DNA of 62,949 nt, filler included, from Nemertoderma westbladi (taxonomy: Eukaryota; Animalia; Xenacoelomorpha), in the NCBI GenBank assembly GCA_032718475.1. It is 3 parts of 3 records of this genome, joined end to end, with 100 filler letters (N's around TTAATTAATTAA, not from the genome) between each part and the next. Parts side by side here need not be neighbours in the genome. Positions count along the whole stretch, not along the records: positions 1 to 19,954 come from JAUCBJ010007316.1; 2 more parts are not named here. One strand, given 5' to 3'. The first letter of the stretch is position 1, and each line of letters opens with the position of its first letter. The notes under the pieces were generated by a model. It did not search any database. It saw nothing but the letters and a program-made list of their open reading frames with translations, and was not told the DNA's origin. This document shows positions 8,811-20,054 of the stretch, one piece after another. The translations under genes and the position numbers were made by a program.

Positions 8811-11800
8811 GGGGCCATTTATTTTCGTGTGGTGCTAATTGGTAGGCCAATGAGAAGCGTACAGCATAGCGAATGATGAGCCAGGCCAATCATAGGGCAT
8901 AAATTATCTTATTGCGCAAATGTGAGGCAGTGGAAAATTCTGTTAGGATTCCATGTCCCAGATTAGTGTAAGGGCCGGACTGCGTTGAACGATGAGCTGG
9001 GCCAATCATAGGGCACGAAGCACTTTAATGCTCAAATGTGAAGCTGTGGAAAATTCTGTTTAGTTTCCATGTGCAATTTCTAGTATAAAAGGCCGGTTTG
9101 CCTTCGGTTATCATGTTGTTGTTGTTATTACCCTCACCCTCACTTACTTACTCTTGCAAATTCCTAAATTGTTATTAGTTTATTTCGGTTTCTTGTTGAA
9201 ACTTTATTTGATAAATCCTTTTGTAAAACTGTAAATATACTGCAAATTCCTGACATGTTTTCTTTTGGTCCAACTTCGGGACAGCCTAACATCAGGGAGA
9301 TGGCAGCCTAGATCGTTAGGCCGTAAGCAACGCAGGGAAGGGATGTCCACAACACGCTAGCGCCCACATTTGGATTGACCGCGCACCCCCTTTGCCCTTC
9401 GAAATACTCCACTTGCTATGCAGCGCCCGCTTTGTGAGAAGGTAAGACTTTGTTCGACGCCCTTGCCCGCCGTAAGACCTATAGATCAGGGTAAGCGTGA
9501 CACCGTACTGGACGCCGCAAATTTAGGATCAAATAATTATATCCAGACAACCCCCCCCCCCTTGTCAAGTCCTACGAATCCCTGGGTTAACCTGTACTTC
9601 CTACAGGTGCGAACTATTGCCATTCGTCAGTACGCGAGTACATATTAGGTACGGACAGCATATGTTCCATAATTTAGTGATTCATAGCACTGACTGTTTG
9701 GTACCGGTTCGCTTTGTAGAACGTACATTAGTACCCCCCCCCCCCCTGTCTGGAGTTAGCTATTTGATCAGGCAAGGAGCATTTCTGCTACCGGCACACT
9801 GCTTGGCCTAGGGAGGTTTTATTAATATCCTACCGCGCCTTGCCACGTACTGATAGGTATTGCTGCTAACTACCGCAGCAACAAAGTTCTAGAATTAAAT
9901 TAGTATACCAGATCAGCTAACGTACGGTAGCGATTAACCCCTATTCTTATCTTACAACCAGAATCTGGTATTAGTGCCGATCACGGGTGTAGTTACTAAC
10001 ACTGTGGTTGCCCATTGGGTTGTGGATAGGAAGGAGAGAGCTTTGACGTCATTTGTGAGTATAAAGTTCTACAAACGCGACTAGTTTATTTTAGTAGCTA
10101 GCGCACGGTATCATTTAGTCAGAAAATCACTAAAACCTAGTAAAAGGAATTACACGAAATTGTTTTATTTGTAACACACCCACACACACACGCCCTAAAA
10201 CATATTGCCCTTAAAGTTCTACTAGCTATAGCGTACTATACATTACTTTAGGTGGAAATTATCTGTATTTGTAAAATTAGGATCTGATTTAGTTGCGGCG
10301 ATAAGGAGTATTTCACTTTCGTTATTAAACTGTTGTGTTGTCCAGCAGTTATTGTTACATTTAGGCCTGACCCTTTAGACTGATTTCGTACAGGGGGATC
10401 AGTTATTGTTACATTTAGGCACGACTTTTAGGCTGATTTCGACAGGGATGATCAGCATTGTTACACTAGGTCTGTTAACCACCTAGTTCGTATATAAACC
10501 ATATAAATCACACCGCGGCAAGTTACTGTATTTAGGACTGTCAGTGATAGTTAGGATTCGCTGCGCGGGGATTGTTTTCCCGTGAGTTTGGTCTGTTACC
10601 GTAACTGTACATCTGCCTCACCGGTTAGAGGACAGGTATCCTTCTGTCTAGTACGTAGGCATTCGACCCGCTCACGTACATAGAATAGATACAAGGCTCT
10701 GTTCCTCGCCAGTAGTCGTTTGTGTACTGTATCTGTTTGTTTAGATATCCTGGACTGGGATTTGTTGTCAGATACTGTACAAGCCCGTATACATTACTAG
10801 AGTCTCATAGTAAGATACATCGTTACTAGGATCTGGTAAGCGGTATACTACTGGACCCTTACAGTAGGAAGTATATTATACAAATTCTGAAATTAGTGTA
10901 TAGTACTTCTATCGTAGTGTAAAATATTCCTACCTTACAGTAGGAAGTACTATATAAATTAGTTTATAGTATTATTTAGATCTGCTAGCTATTGAAAGTA
11001 GGAGATATTTAAAATTTAAGGTTAGTAAATTTAGTAATTTAGAACGTCCCCTGCTTCAGTAGGCTTTTAGGGTAGCTAGTACTTTCGTATTTAATATTTG
11101 ACTAGCTAACAGTTAGTTTGTAGCACTTTGTTTTACGCCGTGTGTGTGCGGTGTTACTTTTCGGTACTTGAAAAGGTACATAGGGTTTAAAGACCAATTT
11201 GTATCGGTACCTAGGAAGATTTTTCGTAAGCATAGAAGTAAAACTCTCACCTTCGACCTTTTCAGGACTCAAGGACTCATTTCTGGACCGCTTCGAGGAT
11301 TAGACCGCTTTTCGCAAAGTTTGGGAGACAATAAATTCGTCCGCGCCGCCGAAAAACGGAAAGACCCACGTCCGGTTTGTATTTGGGAATTTGTACGACT
11401 GGAAGATCAAAGGAACGTAAGTTTTACGACTCGCGTCGTTCAAACTTAAGAAAGCACAGTAGTACTCAAAATTTGTGGGTTTCACTGTCTATTAGTAGTG
11501 TTGTTGGTACTTATTTTCCCGTTAGACGTTGCTGTTTGGCCTATTGTTTATACTTGTTGATCTACATTTTGTTAACGTATATTGTTATCTCACTTATTCG
11601 TACAAATTTAGCCGGTAGGCTAGATTACTACTTATTTTATTATATACCTTGTTAGTTTATTTGTACCGGTTAGGTTATATTATTATTATTTATTATTATT
11701 ATTCTTTATTCCAGGCCGAGGCCCATAAAAACAGATTACATATATTATTTATTAAGCACAATTGTTTGGAGATATTAAAATATGTACAGTACAAATAGTA

Positions 11801-11870
11801 AGCCTACCCTACCAACTAATCCAAATGTTCTTACATAAAACATAAAACACGATATACATAATATAGATTA

Positions 11871-14702
11871 CTATAAAATAATACGTGTGTACTGATGACA
11901 CCAAATATTAGCAGTCGAAACAAGCAAATTGTTAGAAGAAGAGATTCTTCGTAATAAACTTTGCTTATTTTTATACAGAATGTGAATGAACATTGGAAGA
12001 TTAAGCTGCCCGAACATTAAAGAGATACTCGTGGGCTCATCCTCAGTAAATCGAGGTATTTTAAATAATAGTCGCAAGCAGTTATTATAAGCCACTCTAA
12101 GTTTATTGTAGGCACTTTGTGAATAATTACTTCTAGACCATAAGCTACAACAGTATATAGGTGTACAAAAAGCACGAAATAATAGAATTTTAACATTTGT
12201 GGATGCATTACCAAATTTCCTAAGTAGAGTGTTTGCACGTGCATATAAAGAATGAGTTTGCTTAATTATATCACAATCATCATCAGTATTAGAGCACAGG
12301 AGATGTCCTAAGTATGAAAATCTATCTACAATATCAATGTAAGAACCGTATAATTTAATTCTGGAATAGAGTGTAACTGTGTAGGACTTGGGAATGAAAT
12401 AAATACATTTACTTTTTTTAGTGTTAAAAATAATAGAATTATCGAGAGCATAAGCTACAGAAATATTAACTAGATTTTGTAAACCATGTATTGAGTTTGA
12501 AATGAGACATAGGTCGTCCGCATATATAATGTGGTTAATTCTTGTAGAGCCTAGACAGCAACCGGTTCCGCTACTAGTTAACGCTAAGCTTAGATCGTCA
12601 ACATAAACGTTGTAAAATAGAGGTGATAGGATGCCACCCTGACGAGTTCCATTAGTTACATTAAATTCGGGTGACAATATGCCATTCCAACAGACACGCA
12701 ACAGTTGGTTACGGTACCAGAAATGTATAACACGCACAATATAAATAGGGACACCTCTATTAATTAGCTTATTAAAAAGTTTGTAATGGTTGACCCTATC
12801 AAAGGCTTTTGAGGCGTCCAACATACAAACATAGATACACGAATTGTTACATAGGTAATAATTAATTATTTCTTTAAGAGTATATATGCATAACTCAGTT
12901 CCTGATTTAGTTTTAAATCCGAATTGGTTGCTAGTGGTAATTAAATGATCTACACATCGTTCTAGAATTACCTTCTCGACCACCTTACTAAGGATAGTTG
13001 AAAGGGCAATTCCACGATAGTTATCCTTACTGTTTAAAGCAGCGGTCCTATCTTTTACAAGTGGTATAATGGTGGAAGCCATCATTTCAGCTGGCATATA
13101 GTTGTGTGTAAACATAGCATTAATTAAAATGCAAATTGCACGAATCAAATTATAGGAGAAACCGTTGATAAAGTGTTCAGCCGTTACCTCATCAGGGCCC
13201 GATGACTTGCCAGTAGGAAGACCAAGCACTGAATCAACAGTTTCTTTAAACGTGACATGAGAGAAATTAATATCATTATTACTGACAGATGTATTAAAAA
13301 TAGATTTACCGGTGTCATCATGTACACAGTTAAATAGGTTTTTAAAATGGTTACCCCACATGGTACTGATATCATTGGAACCAATTGAATCGCCTATTTT
13401 ATTGGGCAGTTTTGGCTTACAATTAGAGTGACTTCTAACCTGAGACCAGAAGTCCTTTGACGAGTCATCAGTGAGTAGTGAATTGGCCATTTTATCGGTT
13501 CTAATGGTAGCTTCACTACGTTTACACTGACGCATAGCACGCTTAAAGCGAGCTTTAGTACTTAAATATTCCTGAAAAATTTCACCCTGCCGAGGGTTTC
13601 CGCAACTTCGCCATAACTTAAAAGCAGTTCTAGACTGTCTATAATATTCTTTCACGTTGTCATTCCAACCTGGGATGTGTTGGTCTGACAACGTAGCATT
13701 ACTATGTGAGTTGTTTTTGATATATGATTTACTAGAACTAAGTAAAGTACTATTAATATTCTGGTACAATGAATCAATTTCAGCCTGATGAGAGTTACAA
13801 TGCACGTTATTGCAATTGATTAGATTATTATAATAATTGCTACTATCGAGCATATTACCAAGTGCGATATTAACATTGTCCGCATAGCCGGCAATGTTAC
13901 TGGAGCTATGCTGCCAGTCGAAACGAGGTGGCACGGGCCGATTCTCATTACTGCCAGTAGAAACCGGTACAGGCGCGACTGTACACGGAAGAGTTAAGAA
14001 TATCGGCATATGGTCTGAGATAGACAGATCATAGACAATCTTAATATCATTTATTAGATATGCACTCGAATTAGAAATTGCAACATGATCTAACCAAGAA
14101 ATGGTTCCATGAGCATCGCTCACAAACGTATAAGAATCCCTGGGTAGCAAATTAACATCCGCCACTGTAGTATTTACTGAATCGCACCATTGTATTAATT
14201 CGTTAAAAATAGGACGTGTAGGGTCGGCATTAAAATCCCCAATTATAATACAGTTTGAATATTGCTCCGTTTCTAAAAGTGAGGCCAACTTCCCAAGACA
14301 TTGTCTGTACAAGTCATGGTTATCTGGGCAATCGTATGGTAAATATATATTTATTATTAATAATTTATCGTTATTTAAGAGGTTAATCTTTGCGCCTAAA
14401 ATACGCGAATCATTAAAATCAACAATCTCAAGTGAATGCGCCATAGATTTGCGCCATAAAAATCCAAGACCACCTGCAGGCCTACCGCGAAGCAGACCGT
14501 CAGAGTAGTCGGTGGAGGAAAAGCCGCGCCCTTCAAATTCCTTATGTAGATTGTTCATTATGCCAAGTTCCTGCTTTGGGAGTTGGAGCTCTTGCAGAAG
14601 CAAGAGATCCGCGTCCCTACACAGCTCATTGATAACAGTCCTCGAGTGAGCGTTCCGGACTGAGTTGCAGTTAAATGAAGAAATTTTTATGTTATTCGCC
14701 AT
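11871..14702 (-). CDS. LINE ORF2: AP endonuclease plus reverse transcriptase (943 aa)
   Basis: Endonuclease motifs SFNCNS, LLLQE, GDFNA, WLDH, SDH. RT motifs NYRGIAL, QFGFK, LDASKAFDRVNH, GTRQGGILSP, YADD, YLG. Confidence 0.95.
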   Translation of the reverse strand: MANNIKISSFNCNSVRNAHSRTVINELCRDADLLLLQELQLPKQELGIMNNLHKEFEGRGFSSTDYSDGLLRGRPAGGLGFLWRKSMAHSLEIVDFNDSRILGAKINLLNNDKLLIINIYLPYDCPDNHDLYRQCLGKLASLLETEQYSNCIIIGDFNADPTRPIFNELIQWCDSVNTTVADVNLLPRDSYTFVSDAHGTISWLDHVAISNSSAYLINDIKIVYDLSISDHMPIFLTLPCTVAPVPVSTGSNENRPVPPRFDWQHSSSNIAGYADNVNIALGNMLDSSNYYNNLINCNNVHCNSHQAEIDSLYQNINSTLLSSSKSYIKNNSHSNATLSDQHIPGWNDNVKEYYRQSRTAFKLWRSCGNPRQGEIFQEYLSTKARFKRAMRQCKRSEATIRTDKMANSLLTDDSSKDFWSQVRSHSNCKPKLPNKIGDSIGSNDISTMWGNHFKNLFNCVHDDTGKSIFNTSVSNNDINFSHVTFKETVDSVLGLPTGKSSGPDEVTAEHFINGFSYNLIRAICILINAMFTHNYMPAEMMASTIIPLVKDRTAALNSKDNYRGIALSTILSKVVEKVILERCVDHLITTSNQFGFKTKSGTELCIYTLKEIINYYLCNNSCIYVCMLDASKAFDRVNHYKLFNKLINRGVPIYIVRVIHFWYRNQLLRVCWNGILSPEFNVTNGTRQGGILSPLFYNVYVDDLSLALTSSGTGCCLGSTRINHIIYADDLCLISNSIHGLQNLVNISVAYALDNSIIFNTKKSKCIYFIPKSYTVTLYSRIKLYGSYIDIVDRFSYLGHLLCSNTDDDCDIIKQTHSLYARANTLLRKFGNASTNVKILLFRAFCTPIYCCSLWSRSNYSQSAYNKLRVAYNNCLRLLFKIPRFTEDEPTSISLMFGQLNLPMFIHILYKNKQSLLRRISSSNNLLVSTANIWCHQYTRIIL

Positions 14703-14802
14703 TGTTCAGAGTAATATTAAAAAGAGATATATACAAATTTAAATTAGAAAAATAAAAAAGAAAAGAAAAAAAAAACAACAATACACAATAAATAATCACA
14801 TT

Positions 14803-16251
14803 CTATCGGGACCCTGAGTCCTCTGAATTAGCCAGAACATCATAACTGTTAGCCGTATTAGTAGGCGCAGCCGGGACAGTATTTATACCCTTAGGGGAAA
14901 CCGAGACTGCACCAGTACTGCTGGTACCATCGCCTCCTAGAGAGTGTTCGAGATCGGTGACATTTGGACTTTTCGTCCTTTCGGGGAGACTCCTCCTCGG
15001 TGGGAAGTACGTGTTGATCGTCGCATTAGTAGGCCATGTATCCGGTTCCATCAGCTTCTCCCTCTCACTGGCCATACAGGTTATAACGAATGCTGACTGA
15101 CGAGCTCTCGATATCGGAGCACGTTCGCAGGTAATATCGAAACCGCAGCTATCCTTGATGTGTTTCGTAATAGTACTAGGTTCGACACCCTCGCAACATC
15201 CTGCAAGGTAGAGTTTCCGAGTCGGTTGGATGGTGGGAAAGGCAGTGGAGGAACTGGATCCTCTTACACACTGACTACGTCGCAATGGGCGGCGCTGATG
15301 AGAAGTCGTACCAACAGCAGTAGCGGCCAAAGCCCGAACTTGGCCGCGGCGAGGACGAGCCGGACGATGGCGACCATCCGCTCCAACTGGAATGTAATCA
15401 GAGTCAGCAGATGAGTCTCGGTTGAGCCGCAACCGAGAAATGTGTGGTGGGGTGGCCGAAGCGGCAGCCAGTCGACTGGTACTGGCAGCGACTTCTGCCC
15501 AAGGCCTAGTTGAGGCGCTACTAGGCAGTCGGTTATTGCCAGGTGGCGGAGCAGGATCCGTAGATGCCGGTACCTGTACAACTTCCCGTGCCTGTCTCGA
15601 TTCAGACAGATTCTGACAGGACCTATTCCTAATCGTATTCGTATCAGGTAGAACACCAGTAGGCCTACCGGTAGTGGAATCACCAGAAGTAACTGTGGTT
15701 GTGGGTCTGTTGCTGTTCCTAACAACATTATCAGCATTATTTTGGAGATTGACACAGACAGATTCAACTATTGCTAACCTGTCCTGTAGCATACTGACCG
15801 ACCTGAGCAGTAGAGCGACGCCGGCATCGCACAGCGAGAAAGGAGGGAGAATAGTGAGATCCTTAGGAACAAATTCCTTGCAGGTTGAGGGTTCATTCTG
15901 AAGATCGATATAAGCAGGGTAGTCAAAGACATCCAACATGTCTACGACTAAATTACGGCGCAGAGAATTACCATTGCACCGTTTAGTCCAGAACGACTGC
16001 TTATGAGCGTCCCTATCTGAGCTGGGAAGGAGACCCAGCAACAGCTGTTTGGATTCTCTTAACATGTCGTCCGTAAACTTAGGCCACGGTTGAACCGTTT
16101 CTACGATACCATCTCTGTGAAATCCCTTAATATGGGACGACCAAAGATAAGCCAATATATCATTCCTGATATGGCAGCAGTTGGATGCCGCCATCCTCCA
16201 AGATCCTCCAAGAGTTGTCAATCGTTGACGTATATGCGTTACCACAAGCAA
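14803..16251 (-). CDS. LINE ORF1 (N-terminal helical domain, coiled coil, RRM-like C-terminus); first ATG is ~19 codons in (MAASN)
   Basis: Lies upstream of ORF2. KLYLAG...AFVITC...LMEPDTWP resembles the ORF1 RRM of invertebrate LINEs. Confidence 0.8.
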   Translation of the reverse strand: MLVVTHIRQRLTTLGGSWRMAASNCCHIRNDILAYLWSSHIKGFHRDGIVETVQPWPKFTDDMLRESKQLLLGLLPSSDRDAHKQSFWTKRCNGNSLRRNLVVDMLDVFDYPAYIDLQNEPSTCKEFVPKDLTILPPFSLCDAGVALLLRSVSMLQDRLAIVESVCVNLQNNADNVVRNSNRPTTTVTSGDSTTGRPTGVLPDTNTIRNRSCQNLSESRQAREVVQVPASTDPAPPPGNNRLPSSASTRPWAEVAASTSRLAAASATPPHISRLRLNRDSSADSDYIPVGADGRHRPARPRRGQVRALAATAVGTTSHQRRPLRRSQCVRGSSSSTAFPTIQPTRKLYLAGCCEGVEPSTITKHIKDSCGFDITCERAPISRARQSAFVITCMASEREKLMEPDTWPTNATINTYFPPRRSLPERTKSPNVTDLEHSLGGDGTSSTGAVSVSPKGINTVPAAPTNTANSYDVLANSEDSGSR

Positions 16252-16633
16252 TGGGCAGTAGAGTTCGGAGTTAGACCGGACCGGTAAGCCGGTCTGCCGG
16301 TTTTAGTGAGGAGTACAGTTCAGCAGTTCAGCAGTTAGTACAGTATACAGTACCAGTACAGTACACAGTACACAGTACATGGCACTTCTGTAGGTCCGTA
16401 GGCCTAACTAATTACTAAGGGTAAGACCAAAAGTAACAGTGGCCGAGTGGGCGAGTGAGTGAGTATATGATATATATATATATCAAGGTAAGTTTGACAT
16501 TTGTACATTTCGACATTTTGACATTTCGACATTCTGACTTGTTGATTTATTTGTACCGGTTAGGTAAGTTTGACACTTCAACATTCAGACACTTTGACAT
16601 TTTATTACCCGTACTTGACGTATATAATAAGAC

Positions 16634-19600
16634 ATGAGTGACACACCCCATTCGACGAGATACCCACCTACCGACTATGACTCGTGCGACCCGGACAGAT
16701 CGACAGTAGACGAACCGAGAAGGAGAACCCGAGATTCCACCGATGTCACACCGCTTGCGTCGCCGGTACCCCGAACGGAAATACCGGAAACCGCAACGCG
16801 TGGCGACGGCAGAATCGAAGATTTCCTTACCGTTCCGCAGACTAGATCGCGGGAACCGGACATGGTAAGTTCGACTGGAAGCCAGGAGAACGTTATTAGA
16901 AGTATAGGAGGACACATGGCCCAGATTACTCGGAACCTCGGAGAAGGTTTTCGCGTTTTACGCGAGTTAACCGCCCCGATGTCGAGATACGAGTTCTACA
17001 CCTTACAGGTAAGGATAGAAAGTAGGGTACATGCCTCCGTAGATAAACTTAAAGGTTTGTACGAACTTGCAGAGTTGCGTGGCGACAACTTTACTCAGGT
17101 AAAGATAGTAGATAAATTGGTAAGTGTGAGAGAAAGCCTTATCCAGTTTAAGTCAGTGATAAGATTGGCTCAACAGGAGCAGTTCGACCAACTGCTAGGT
17201 GAGTCAGTTTCGGACGCGTTGTTACAACCCGAAGAGGAAGAAGAACTCTACTGCCTGGACGTAAGGTTGGAAACGCTGACCAATTTTCTTCGTAGATGCG
17301 GCGTACCGATTGACGAACCGGAAGTCGAACCGCGAGGGACGACGGAAGTTCTCACTACGGAAGGCTCGCGAGCCTACCAACATCCACCACTGGACAGATC
17401 GTTCGTTAGCGTACGGAGCGACGTTGGCAACGTTGGCGACGTTAGTAGAACAGCGTCTGGAATTACTCGACAACAACAGGAGGTTGCACGCCGACAACAA
17501 GTCGCCGAGGAAGAAGCGCGACACCAGATGGCACAGATCGCCATCGAAGGAGAGAAACAACATAGAGAAGCGGAGGCAAGAATTGCACAACTCAAGGCGC
17601 AAGCCGAATTCGAAGCTTCGGAAATGCGCAGATTGGAGGAGGACTTAGTGCGAGAAGCGGCAGCTGACGAGTTAGCACGGAAAAAGGCAGCATCCGACGC
17701 TCGTGCCAAGTTGGAGGCGCGGCAAATAAACGCTCGATTAGCTATACAGGAAGCGGAATTAGCGGCACAACAACAGGATGCAGATCGACGCGAAAGGGAG
17801 ATGCAACTACAGTTCGAATTGAATCGTAGATCGCGCAAGACAGCGAACGCGCAAGCGGACCTCGAACTCGACGCGAGAGATAGATCTATGAGATCGCGAA
17901 CTGGACACGACTTGTCTGCCCTGGATCGTATGGAAGCTCGATATCGCGGAATACAGAAGCGGATCGAGGAAGGAAGCGTGGGAGCGATAGATCGAGGAGA
18001 GGAGTTCGTCGAGGATTACTGTAAACGTTTTCCCCAAGTTATTCCTATGCTCAAACCCACGACTCCGATAAAACCGGTCTTCGTTACGAAACCTAAGGAA
18101 ATAACGCCTGTGCGTTCGGCGCAAGGCAACAGGTTTGTTGTGACGGAAATACCGCAACCTAGGGCGACTTCATCGCCAATTTTAGCAGGTAACATAACTA
18201 GTCCACCTACAGTAAGTCGTAGTCTACTTGTAGGAAGAGAGGAACCTGCGTTTATGACCATTAAACAGGTGAGTAAACCATTACAAGTTAAACCTGTGAC
18301 ATGCTGTGCGAATCCAGTTATTTACAGACCGACTACGAAACCCGACTATTTCACTCGACCGTTGACACAATGTTCGACGCAACCTACGACTTCGTGGAAG
18401 GCTTGCGAGCCTACCGAACTACGGAGGAGGATGGATGTGGGTAGTACCCACGGGATCGGACAACGTATAGCGAGACCTACGACTTCGTGGAAGGCTTGCG
18501 AGCCTACCGAACAACGGAGAGCCGTAGATTCCGGACCACCACGGACGAAATCGAGAATAATACGCCGGACACGAACCCGCCAGCCACCTTATCCGGACGA
18601 CAGCGATGCATCCAGTGACTCGGAGTCGACGGAACGGGAAATATTCCGTACTGGAGCGGCGGAAGATTGCAAACGAGAGGAACGATCGACGAACCCCTAT
18701 ATCGACAATCCTCCACGAGAAACACCCCAACAGAAACCCACGTTGAAACCAGCGGAAACGATCAGCGCTAAACAGTTCACCGAGATGACGGACAGAATAG
18801 CTCAACTCGAAGAACGACTCGAAGCGCAACCGTCGGATCGATCACGGACCAGCGTGGAGTTGGAACAACCTAGACAACATCGACCACCGAGGAGAGAACA
18901 GGAGACTAGACGGACTCCGACACATCGAGAAGAAGATCCCGTTAATAATTCCTACCGACGAACAACGCGCGGAAGGGAGCGACTGGACGACGCCGCCGAA
19001 CAGGGACGCGGACAGTTGGATTTAGTTAGCGAGATTGCGAAATTCGCGGCTAGACACGGATTACCGGCACAGCAACCGCCGAAGTTCTCTGGCAACGCGA
19101 AACACTGGCGCACACTGGTAGACTACGTAGAGTCCCAGATCGCTAAGTGTGCTTTCACCTCGACGGAGAAGTTTAATTACTTGCTCCAAGTTCTGTCTGG
19201 TGAGCCGAAACGATTAGCGGAAACCTTTATTGGAGTTCCCGATGCCTTTGAGTTGGCGTACGACCGTTTGTATTCGATTTACGGCGGTAATGTCGCCATG
19301 GCTAAATCCATCATTGAAGACCTCTGCAGAGGAGGCAACATTTCGAGACCGATCGACCTTTTACGACTCGCGGACGAAATAAAGAACGCTATAGGGACTT
19401 TACGGTCCATTGGACAACTCGAGTACGCTAACGCACCGACGGTTCTCATTCGAATAATCGGTCGACTTCATCATCGACTACGACGAGAATGGCGACGCAT
19501 CGAGTACCAGCGTGAAGAGGCCGGAGGGTTATTAAAACTCACCGATGTCTATCAACTGATTTCACGGGAGGCCGTGATCGAGACTCGATCGAACTATACC

Positions 19601-19954
19601 GATCACCATATCGCGGCGGAAGGGATAACTGTTTCTGCGCCGAATCGGACTAAACCGTTTCCGACGAACGCGAAAGCCGTTACTTACGCCACCCCTACTG
19701 AGACTTCTAAAGTTCTGACGCCTATCGGCACCACGCAGCCACGACAACAGTTGCCGGCGGACTTTGTGGGATGCTCATACTGCGAGCGGAACGGCAGAAA
19801 CCAAAGCGGACATAAACTACGTGGATGTCGCGCTTTTAAAGAGTTAGGGATCGAGGAGAGGAGACTCCAAATCCGATCTCTAGATTCCTGTTGGAGATGT
19901 ATGAAGCCAGGACACGTCCGGAAGGATTGCCCGAGCGATGATACATGTTCTTTG
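16634..19954 (+). CDS. BEL/Pao Gag (start of gag-pol polyprotein), runs into gap
   Basis: PPKFSGNAKHW...EKFNYLLQVLSGEPKRLAE...AYDRLYSIYG (DUF1759-like capsid region), then CSYC...H...C and CWRCMKPGHVRKDC zinc knuckles. Confidence 0.92.
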
Positions 19955-20054
19955 NNNNNNNNNNNNNNNNNNNNNNNNNNNNNNNNNNNNNNNNNNNNTT
20001 AATTAATTAANNNNNNNNNNNNNNNNNNNNNNNNNNNNNNNNNNNNNNNNNNNN
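19955..20054. other. assembly gap with artificial TTAATTAATTAA spacer
   Basis: N-run with a central all-frame stop linker; the same pattern occurs at 43663-43762. Confidence 0.97.

Larger units (their letters stand above)
11681..16463 (-). mobile_element. full-length APE-RT LINE with two intact ORFs (CR1/L2/RTEX-type; clade not resolved)
   Basis: 3' end has AATAAA plus a (TAA)n tail at ~11681-11710. Both sides are flanked by TATAT. The empty site is visible in E4 at ~46565-46600. Confidence 0.92.
8587..19954 (+). mobile_element. BEL/Pao LTR retrotransposon E2 (5' LTR, leader, gag), interrupted by a LINE and ending at an assembly gap
   Basis: Starts TGATGAATTATTTCAC, the same terminus as the inverted copy ending at 49604. 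CCAAT x3 and TATAAAA at 9084; Gag with BEL motifs. Confidence 0.9.

Noticed and set aside
10751-10762. TGGACTGGGATT as a PBS for the element's own tRNA-like RNA (10-nt complement to AATCCCAGTC)
   Set aside because: E3 keeps this site but its cassette reads AATCTGGGTC, so there is no co-variation. The site is also far from the apparent LTR end.
11144-11655. Short ORFs in the BEL leader shared by E2 and E4
   Set aside because: They are shared only because the copies are near-identical, and they are not maintained as a homologous ORF in the diverged E1 leader.
16675-19747. Numerous antisense or alternate-frame ORFs over gag (also 3561-4294, 44123-46376, 55778-56389)
   Set aside because: Shadow ORFs of GC-richer coding sequence with no independent motifs.
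19999-20010. TTAATTAATTAA palindrome inside N-runs
   Set aside because: Artificial scaffolding linker.
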